Shown here: positions 26,795-36,305 of the stretch, in pieces | How positions within the stretch are numbered: the stretch's first letter is position 1 | How the letters are laid out: each line of letters opens with the position of its first letter | Assembly: GCF_001194135.2 (NCBI RefSeq) | Contig: NC_068984.1 | Span: 87,314,051-87,378,050, forward strand | DNA from: Octopus bimaculoides | Lineage: Eukaryota | Reading direction: 5' to 3' | Length of the DNA stretch: 64,000 nucleotides | Translations under genes and position numbers: made by a program | Notes under the pieces: generated by a model | Databases searched by the model: none | What the model was told of the DNA's origin: nothing | What the model saw: the letters and a program-made list of their open reading frames with translations, nothing else

Positions 26795-27556
26795 TATATA
26801 ACTAATTTAGAGACGAACCACCATTCCACAACTCAGTCAATGAACAACCCATCCAAAACCATGCTGTGAGACATATACCATACAAAATACTAATCTAGAA
26901 TTTTAATAATATATAATATTGAACAGTAAGATTATTACAATCCTATAATATATAAGAGCAAATACTTTTAAAATCACAGTGAATACCATACAAAGAAACA
27001 TTCACCATAAAAATATTAATCTAAAAATCAAATAAAGGATTTTATATAGTCCTAATTCAGCCATGAAACACACGTAGTCGATGTACAAGTACTTACTTTT
27101 CATCATCATCATCATCATCATCGTTTAACGTCCGCTTTCCATGCTAGCATGGGTTGGACGACTTGACTGAGGACTGGTGAAACCGGATGGCAACACCAGG
27201 CTCCAATCTAAATTTGGCAGAGTTTCTACAGCTGGATGCCCTTCCTAACGCCAACCACTCAGAGAGTGTAGGATTTTATACATTATATTATTGTATTAAT
27301 TGTTATTGTTCAATTTATTTGATGTTTAGATTAATATTTTTACAATGAATGTTTCTTTGTATGGTATTCGCTGTGATTTTAAAAGTATTTGCTCTTATAT
27401 ATTATATGATTGTAATAATCTTACTGTTCAATATTATATATTATTAAAATTCTAGATTAGTATTTTGTATGGTATATGTCTCACAGCATGGTTTTGGACA
27501 GGTTCTTCATTGACTGAGTTGTGGAAATGGTGGTTCGACTCTAAATTAGTTATATA
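26795..27556. repeat. Long inverted repeat (~240-bp arms, ~280-bp spacer)
   Basis: 26795-27036 is the reverse complement of 27314-27556 with few differences; the spacer holds a family C copy. Confidence 0.92.
27101..27270 (-). mobile_element. Repeat family C, 3' end with (GAT)n tail
   Basis: Reverse complement of 25097-25266. Confidence 0.85.
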
Positions 27557-27589
27557 TATATATGTGCGTGTGTGTATTTATATATATAT

Positions 27590-27760
27590 GACAGGCTTCT
27601 TTTATTTTCCACCTACCAAATCCACTTGCAAAGCTTTGGTCATCCAAAGGTTATAGTAGAAAACACTTGCCTAAGGTGCCTCACAAAGTACCATGCAGTG
27701 GGCCTGAAACCTGAACCTTGTGGTTGAAAAGTAAGCTTTTAACCACACAGCCATGCCTAT
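27590..27760 (-). mobile_element. SINE family A, 5' half
   Basis: Reverse complement of the head. Confidence 0.65.
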
Positions 27761-28369
27761 TTACTGTTGTTATGATATCTAGGGTGACAAAAGTTAGGTC
27801 ATGAAGAATATGTCGAGCATTTATTTCATTGAAGTTGTCTGCATCGACAAACTTAGAGTCATTGAAAACAGAGCATAGTGGTAAGGAAAGTTGTTTTCAT
27901 CAATCAGTAGCCCTATGCTTTTTTGGCAAATGAGTATGAAGTGGTGAGAAAGAATCTTCAGATGCCGGGCCTCACTGATGAAATGACAAAGGACTGGGAG
28001 TTGTGGTGCTTTGCAATACTTGAGAAAATGCATCAAGTTAAGTAAAATTGTGGTCATCAATACAAACAAGAATGACCTTTACAGGTGCCGGTGGCACATA
28101 AAAATACCCAGCACACTCAGTAAAGTGTAGCATCAAGCCATAGAAACCATGTCACAACAAACAATTGCAATCTGACCAACTCCCATCAAACTGTCCAACC
28201 CATGCCAGCATGGAAAACAGCTGATATTCCTCAATGATGCTGATATTCCTCAATGGCCATATTATTATTAATGATAGTCCTCATGGTATTCTAGAGATGA
28301 CATTTAAAAAAAATTCACATGTTGTTATTGCTGATGAATGAGGTGTAGCAGTTAGCAGCCATGCCTGTA

Positions 28370-28568
28370 TCTATATATAAAAGGCACCTGTGCCAGTGAC
28401 GCATAAAAGGCACCTGGTACACTCTGTGGAGTGGCTGGCATTAGGAAGGGCATCTAGTCATAAAAATCAAAGCCAAAATAAACTGGAGCCTGGTGCAACT
28501 CACCAGTTCCAGTCAAATGGTTTAAACCATGCCAGCATGGAAAACGGATACTAAATGATGATGATGAT
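28370..28568 (+). mobile_element. Repeat family C, 3' end
   Basis: GGCATTAGGAAGGGCATC...CATGCCAGCATGGAAAACGG...GATGATGAT; another fragment lies at about 28080-28222. Confidence 0.7.
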
Positions 28569-29439
28569 GTATAATGTACTATTCCATAATATCTCAAGGC
28601 ATTGTATTAATGACTTAGGGTGGGGTAAAAATAAGATGCTTTGACACTGGTAGCATTATTTAGAATATCAGCAGAGGGAAGCAATAGAGCTGCAACAGAC
28701 AAAAAAATCAAATTACAGGGACAGTTCAACTACAAGAAGCCTAACTTCCAAAATACTGTACTGACTGAGTATTTCTAGTTTAATATGTGTGTGTGTGTGT
28801 GTGTGCGTGTGCACGTACATGCACATGTATCACAGGAGAGGTTATGTTGTCTATTCCAGATTGGTAGGGTCAATGTGAGTGATATTCTAATATTCAGCTT
28901 TAGTTGGCGTAAGTTGATTGATGCCAGTAGTAAAAATGTGGATGCACAGAATTCTAGAAGGTGGCAGTTCTAAAGAAGAAGAGGCTGGGTAAATTTCTGT
29001 AATAGGAAGTTTTTGCTTCACTCTTATTCGATAAACTTATGAACAAAATCATTTTAGCCATGACCATCTCCTTTTTATTCCAGGTAGTACATCTAAAACA
29101 ATGTTATCCAATGTGTCTTGTTTTTAAAATGAGAGGGTGTCCTTTATGTGCCTGTTATATCCAGTGATTATGTCAAAGGCTTCCTTGGAGACGAGTATAT
29201 TATGAAAGCTTGACTGAACAATACCTGCATCTCACTATTATATAAAATCTGATTCTGAGTACAAAGATAAATATTGATAATACCTGGTCACTTTGTCCAA
29301 ACTAGATTTGTTCTTCTGGCTTCCTGGTAAGTGTACCAATATAGTTTAATTAGCTCAAAGTTAATCATGTGATTTTAACTTGGTAGGAACCAATGATTAC
29401 AACAGCAACAGGTATGGTAACAACACCAACACAATAATA

Positions 29440-30110
29440 ATAATATGACCAAACAAGTGCAGTCTTCTCTCTTGCCCGCTGCATCTAATTCCTCTGATGC
29501 CTAACATTTTTCTCAGTACACTAGTACTCTGTTGCACATGTGTGACATTGTGCATCCAGTGAAGCACACTAGCTTCATTCCTCTCTAGTCTTTGCACATC
29601 CTCTGGGCCCATATCTCAATATCATGTAGCATTGCATGCAATCTTCCTTTCACTTGAAGAGGGAGACCTTTGATTGTCAACAGAGGTAAAAGCTCTCTGA
29701 ATTTTCTCCATCCTATTCTTATTCTAGTGATTACACTTTCTGTACATCTTCCCCCACAGCTAATTAGATCCCCTAGATAGCAAAAATTATCCACTATCTC
29801 TAACAAGTATTTCTACTCTGTGCATCTTCCACATACAAACAATACTTTCACTGGTAACCTTCTTATTATTCCACTGCACCTCATGTGTGTCCATAGCTTA
29901 CACTGGGTACACCATATTGAATTCCTGCTTGCACCTTTCCTACATATCAAGCAGGGCCATAACTGATGGTGGGTAAGGTCTTGTCCATTTTCTTGCTTAC
30001 TAGAACTCTAGTCTTTAACCTTAAGGCTGTTTGATTTCAGATTTTGCTTCCACACCTAGATGCATACCTACACAAGTGTGTGACCCCATCAACTTAGTTT
30101 CCTCATAATG
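29440..30110 (-). mobile_element. RTE-clade LINE, ORF2 relic
   Basis: LEIVDNFCYLGDLISCGG..ESVITRIRIGWRKFRELLPLL and RLERNEASVLHWM..RRLHLFGH, with an upstream CxxC/CTQC cluster. Confidence 0.85.
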
Positions 30111-30489
30111 TCCAGAAAAATGGATATTTTTAAAAGAAATTTTCAACAACTGACTTTCAGATAATGTAGATCACAATTATATTGATATTTAACGTGATAA
30201 AAAAACCCCAGAAAAAATAGAAAAACATTGGTGGTAATGCACATTAGTTTTTGAAAATTTCAGGTTTTATTTTGTAGATATATATGGGGTGTGTGTCTGT
30301 AAATATGCGCGGACGCCCATCATTTTTTCTTTTTAACATTAAATTCCAATATAATCATAATCTACACCATTCCAAAACTATTTATAGAAAATTTCATTGA
30401 AGAATGTCCATTTTTCCCCTGAAAGTTATGAGGAAACATAGTTGATGAGGGGAAGAGATATTTATGTTTCCATCCATCCATTTTCTCTG

Positions 30490-30830
30490 CCTACAGGAAG
30501 GGTTGTGGGGCTGGATCCTTCATGGAGTCCTATCAGAAGCAATTGTCATTAGACTTTTCTGGCTAGATTCTCAAACCTGACCGACAACCAGCTTGTTCTT
30601 GGTCTACTCCTACATCGCTACTCAGCTTGAAGATTCTGGCTTGCGATTCTTTCCTGCAACATTCTAATCACTTGTCTGTAGTATTAGGGCTATAACCTCT
30701 CAATGTGAAGATGTAGTGGCTCAACCTGAAGATCCTGATCTCCAAGCCACATACTCTGTTGAGTAATGTTACTCCAGAGACCTTTTGGAGTAACCCCATC
30801 TCAGCCGCTTGTATTCATGATCGTACTCAT
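30490..30830 (-). mobile_element. RTE (Expander-like) LINE 3' coding relic
   Basis: AAEMGLLQKVSGVTLLNRV..LQVEPLHLHIER..VIRM, the RTE ORF2 C-terminal pattern. Confidence 0.7.
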
Positions 30831-30903
30831 TCAACCATTACCAAACATTCATGACTACATATTAAACATACATATGTGAATATGTATGTTTAATATTATA
30901 AAT

Positions 30904-31241
30904 CAGGGATTCTCAACCATTTTTTATCTATGGACCCCTCTGAAAAGCTATTTTATTCTGGTGGACCCCCATAGCCATTCAATGTTTAAAAACTAGTTTT
31001 ATAGAAACTTCTTTCAAAATTCCTATTCAAAATTCCTTTCAAAATTCTCACATTAACTTGTGTAAGTTGAACTATGTAAAATGTTAGAGAAAGAAACCTA
31101 GCTGTTTTTTGCAATACATACATCTAAAGCAAAAATTTTCAGGGACCCTTAAAATGCTATTGTAGGTCCCCAATGTACCATTTTGTTGCGTGGACCCCCA
31201 AAATCTTATATGGACACATCAGCCCTGGTTGAGAACCACTG
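30904..31241. mobile_element. hAT (Charlie-type) MITE
   Basis: TIRs CAGGGATTCTCAACCA and TGGTTGAGAACCACTG; 8-bp flanks TTATAAAT and GTATAAAC (6/8 match). Confidence 0.8.
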
Positions 31242-32019
31242 GTATAAACGAATGAAGTTATCCAATTCCATTCACATCAAGGATACATCATAGGAAGTGC
31301 CTCCCCCTCCCCACTTCAGATTCCAATGTTTTAAACAANNNNNNNNNNNNNNNNNNNNNNNNNNNNNNNNNNNNNNNNNNNNNNNNNNNNNNNNNNNNNN
31401 NNNNNNNNNNNNNNNNNNNNNNNNNNNNNNNNNNNNNNNNNNNNNNNNNNNNNNNNNNNNNNNNNNNNNNNNNNNNNNNNNNNNNNNNNNNNNNNNNNNN
31501 NNNNNNNNNNNNNNNNNNNNNNNNNNNNNNNNNNNNNNNNNNNNNNNNNNNNNNNNNNNNNNNNNNNNNNNNNNNNNNNNNNNNNNNNNNNNNNNNNNNN
31601 NNNNNNNNNNNNNNNNNNNNNNNNNNNNNNNNNNNNNNNNNNNNNNNNNNNNNNNNNNNNNNNNNNNNNNNNNNNNNNNNNNNNNNNNNNNNNNNNNNNN
31701 NNNNNNNNNNNNNNNNNNNNNNNNNNNNNNNNNNNNNNNNNNNNNNNNNNNNNNNNNNNNNNNNNNNNNNNNNNNNNNNNNNNNNNNNNNNNNNNNNNNN
31801 NNNNNNNNNNNNNNNNNNNNNNNNNNNNNNNNNNNNNNNNNNNNNNNNNNNNNNNNNNNNNNNNNNNNNNNNNNNNNNNNNNNNNNNNNNNNNNNNNNNN
31901 NNNNNNNNNNNNNNNNNNNNNNNNNNNNNTGAAATTGCAAATTATTTAAAATATAAAAATATAATTTTCAACAGAGAGAATTTATCAAAATAGAAAACAA
32001 ATGAAGTTTGAAGTTTAAA

Positions 32020-32430
32020 AATAATAGGATCGACCACTCACGACTAGCTAGCTCGGACGCGCGAACTTTCGAGTAATAGATAGATAGATAGATAGATAGA
32101 GAGAGAGACAGACAGACATATAGCTCGCTCCGGCCAGTCATGGTATTAGCTTTCAGTAGCCAAAGAATCGAAAGGCCAGCAACAGGCAGACAGACAGATA
32201 CTTCACTAGCAGTGAGCACTTTCACTTCTGACAGCTAATAGCATGATAGTGCCCCGTTTTCTTCTAGCTGTTTATAAATAAATCACACCCTAACCCTAAC
32301 GTCANNNNNNNNNNGTGCCCCGTTTTCTTCTAGCTGTTTATAAATAAATCACACCCTAACCCTAACGTCAATCAAATCACGTGTGTGATTTATTTATAAA
32401 CAGAGATGTACGGAGAATACTAGTAAGACG
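32020..32430. mobile_element. Non-autonomous element with microsatellite and hairpin (HINE/DINE-1-like architecture)
   Basis: (GATA)n/(GA)n tract plus a perfect 21-bp inverted repeat at 32334-32354/32383-32403 enclosing CCTAACCCTAAC. Confidence 0.4.
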
Positions 32431-32459
32431 TTCAGTTACTTCCCTTAAATATTTTTATT

Positions 32460-32575
32460 TATCCCCCTAAACTTGAAGATTACCTTTCGTGTCTTTACGT
32501 TCTGAGTTCAAATTGCCTTTCATCCTTTCGGGGTCAATAAATTAAGTACTAGTTGCGTACTGAGATCGATCAATT
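32460..32575 (+). mobile_element. SINE fragment with Deu/Nin-like central domain (family D)
   Basis: GTTCTGAGTTCAAAT..GCCTTTCATCCTTTCGGGGTCAATAAATTAAGTAC; same as 60880-61055. Confidence 0.65.
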
Positions 32576-33417
32576 GAATATTCCGGATGTTTTTTAACTT
32601 GTCCGCTGATTTGCGCATGCGTAAAAGATTTTCTAGCCCGCGCATGAAATGAGCCTAGAGGTGGTCTCTCCATATGCTAGAAGTAACAGTCAAATTTCTG
32701 ACGGTATGAACAGGCAACACACCCTTTTTGATTTACTTTTATTCTTTGTTTTTTTCGTTTTCTGATTCCAATGTTTTCGACAACGGAGATTCTGATTTTG
32801 CCATAGAAAAAAAAAAAAAATTAAAAGAAAAAACAACCTTTAAAAAATTTCCGCCACTTGACTCATAGTTTGTCAACCACGAAAAGAGGAAAGGCGAAAT
32901 TAACCTCGATAGGATGAAAAGACCCCTAACTAAATACCACAAGACACTTCAACTACCACTCTACCAATTCTACTAATATTACACCAACAGGAACCAGTAA
33001 TGTCTATCCATATAACCTCTAACGTGGAAGTAGAATAATTTACTAAATACTGTGTATAAAAAGCTCACCAACTTTTTTATCACATTATATTCCAATATAA
33101 TCGTAATCTACATCATCTNNNNNNNNNNNNNNNNNNNNNNNNNNNNNNNNNNNNNNNNNNNNNNNNNNNNNNNNNNNNNNNNNNNNNNNNNNNNNNNNNN
33201 NNNNNNNNNNNNNNNNNNNNNNNNNNNNNNNNNNNNNNNNNNNNNNNNNNNNNNNNNNNNNNNNNNNNNNNNNNNNNNNNNNNNNNNNNNNNNNNNNNNN
33301 NNNNNNNNNNNNNNNNNNNNNNNNNNNNNNNNNNNNNNNNNNNNNNNNNNNNNNNNNNNNNNNNNNNNNNNNNNNNNNNNNNNNNNNNNNNNNNNNNNNN
33401 NNNNNNNNNNNNNNNNN

Positions 33418-33457
<40 letters not shown>

Positions 33458-33575
33458 TTAAATAATAAGGGTGAAAAATTGAATATTAATTTGATTAATA
33501 TCAATTTAAAACCAGTGACCTAGCATATTGAAAAACGTAACCAACGAATATATATTAGGAGAAAGTCCAACTTAC

Positions 33576-33680
33576 TTTAAAGTTACATAAGGCTGCCATG
33601 CCCTTTTTAATGATTGTCGATTTACAAGTTTTGCATTGTAGATCAACTTTGTTCATCAGCGTGGTCGCTGATGCCGTCAT
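33576..33680 (-). CDS. RABIF: Mss4/RABIF-family gene, first coding exon
   Basis: ATG at 33680, 35 codons MTASATTLMNKVDLQCKTCKSTIIKKGMAALCNFK, then a GTAAGT donor at 33575 (phase 0, matching the acceptor at 22983). NKVDLQCKTCKSTIIKKGMA resembles Mss4 NRKAVLCQRCGSRVLQPGTA (first CxxC). Confidence 0.75.
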
Positions 33681-33800
33681 TTTCTTTCCGATGTTTACTA
33701 ACAGTGCTCTTCTAAGAACAGTGTTGGCTCTTTGCTTCCGGAAAACCACATAATATGCCTCTGTCGAAAGTGAGCGGACGAATTTCTCTCCTATTTTGTG
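33670..33800 (-). promoter_or_regulatory. Candidate core promoter/5' UTR of the Mss4-like gene
   Basis: YY1-like AAAATGACGGC overlaps the start codon; palindromic ETS-like TTCCGGAA at 33736-33743; locally raised CpG content. Confidence 0.5.
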
Positions 33801-34369
33801 TGATGCGGCCGTGGTTTGCTGATGGATTATTTTTTTATGGTAATTTTTTATGGTAATTTTGTTTTTGTTTTGCTTTGTTTTCTGGAAGTTATAGGAAGGA
33901 TATATACAACACAGACATACACACATTCATATATTACACACGCGCGCGCACATAAAGAAGGGCGGAATTCTGGTTTAAGCACACCATATAACTCCTTATA
34001 ACTACTTTAATTTTTTTGAATTTTCAGTAATTCCTTGCAAATTTGTGTTCTACGCACGGGAATTCATACGATTATGAAAAAAATTTAGTATGTCATTTAA
34101 GGGTGATTTAGCACATCCCACGAGCACCCGATATCGTTCTCGTTTCTTTTTTACTCTAACTTGCATTAATATTTTTCAATATCTTTCTCCCCATAAACAC
34201 ATTTAATGGAATGATGATGCACCCAAAGGTGGTCCTAAATAATAGAGTAGAAATTATCAAGTACGCCCAAAAACTAATTTTTTAAGATGTGTGTTTTAAT
34301 CATCAAAGTAAGTTCTTAAAATTTTTTCAGATTCGTGTTTTGAATATCTGAGGTTAATACCAGCTAAAA

Positions 34370-35215
34370 TACGACATGTGATGAATGGCTGCACTGGGCA
34401 CAAGTTGTCCGGTTTCAGTGGGCTACAATTCGAGTTTTATGAATTCATGCTTGACTTATATCACAACCACTTGGGAGATAATGTCTCTGCCATGGAGTCG
34501 GAAGCAAACGAAGTGGAGGCAGTTGGCACCGTTTTAAAGGAATACTCGTCTGTGAAGGGAACTATGATCAGCCCGGACAAGTCAGTGGGCTTGCAGCTAA
34601 ATACCTGGAAAAGTAGGCTCGTGCTAGTGGAGAGCGTCATGGGATGCAATACTTACGGACCGATTAAACGCCTCGAGTCTGGTTCGGTTCCAACTTTCAT
34701 AGAGACCAGGAATGCGGTGACATAACGAACAGTGTAGACAGTCTTACTCAGAAATTAGCCAAGAGGAAGCTGTCTTTGAGCGGTAAGACAGAGGTGAACG
34801 CCTACATTGCCCTAATCGTCGTACCATGCCCTAACTACGGTCTGATCACATCGGACCACTTGCTCTTCAACTTCTTGTTATAGAGAAGGGACGCTTTCCA
34901 CTGGCCAAGCGTGTCTAGTGCCACGACTCTCTGAATTATAAGTTAGGCATGCCTTGACTGATGATTCACAGAAAGGTGCTGAGGCTGTGCCAACTGTGGA
35001 GACAGTGAGTAGATTTAGTTACCATTCATGAGGCAAGTTTTTCCACGGCTTGTTTCCTTGATGGAGCTTGCAGTCCTGGATGCCTGGTACCCCAAACGTA
35101 ATCAGGCTTTCACCGCGCTCTTCCAGTTGGACAATAGAATCGGTGGATGTTCCACTCTAACAATTTGCGGGGTTAGTGTCGAGGAAGAATCTAGGGAAAC
35201 ATTGATTTTGTGACA
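34370..35215 (+). mobile_element. Tx1/L1-clade LINE RT C-terminal relic
   Basis: LGDNVS..EVEAVGTVLKEYSSVKGTMISPDKSVGLQL..GPIK resembles YADDV...GAxINxxKSxGL of Tx1 RT. Confidence 0.65.
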
Positions 35216-36305
35216 AGCATCAGCCAATTTAGCTATGTTCGAAAAATGTTCCGCTCAGAAGCCATTCTCTAAAAGCATTCTACTGTTACGCGTAAAACTG
35301 AGAAATTTACATCGATACCAATTAACCAGGAACTAAAATTAATTAGGGCAAAAATTTAGAAACTGTCATCAGAACCGAATTTCTTGGAGGAACCTAGCAT
35401 ACTGCTAGAGATGAATGATTCCGAAACAAAAACGCTATGGGATAGAGATCTTAATTCAGGTGAAACCTGAAATGTTGGACAGGATCAATAACCTATCAGA
35501 AATCTCGGGAGATCTGAAAGTGCAGGTAGTAGTGGAGAACAAATAGCTTAGATGCTGTAAATATGGAAATACCGATCTTCTCAAGACCTTCTTCCCTCAG
35601 CAATAACGGAAAGTGACAGTTGACAGAAAGCCTCCAACACTCCGGCAGTAGGGAAAAAACAGCAGCAACTACATCAGCAACACTAGTAACAACGCAAAAT
35701 TGCGGAAGCTGTGGTTGCTGCACTAGCGACAAAGATGGAAGCAACACTTATAATAGCAGCAACGACACCAACGGTTGAAACAACATTAACGAAAACAACA
35801 ATAAAAAATATCCCTCTCATGGGCCACGATATCGGCAACAGCAACAGAAAACCCCAAAACAACAACAAAAATATTAACATCAGAATAGATCACAAACCCC
35901 ACAAAGCATGCCCTCCATTCAAGCATACTGAGTAGCGAATGTCATGGCGAGGAGCTTAAATGGCAGAAAATGACTAATAGAAAGAAAACGAAAGAGAACT
36001 CACACCAGCAACAGAATTTAAGCGAACGGGAAACATACTTTCAAACAACGACACAGCAACACACTTATATTAACAACAAAACTAGTGTTATCACCACCAT
36101 CATTAACATCGTCATCACCACAATCGCAACAGATACCATCGTAAGCACAACCCATTCTACACCCAAACCAACAACTAGAACAACATCCTCAAAGGAACAC
36201 CATAAACGATACGGTCATAGACACAAGCAACAAAGGACTAATAGGCCACACACATCAACACACAAGCATTTACACATCACGACTTCACACCAACAAATAA
36301 CATAC

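Noticed and set aside
32249-32370. 56-bp exact tandem duplication
   Set aside because: The two copies sit either side of a 10-N gap, typical of unmerged overlapping contig ends.
32739-32804. MAKSESPLSKTLESENEKNKE as first exon of the Mss4-like gene
   Set aside because: An in-frame stop precedes the nearest donor; the 33680-33576 exon supplies the missing CxxC and the correct phase.
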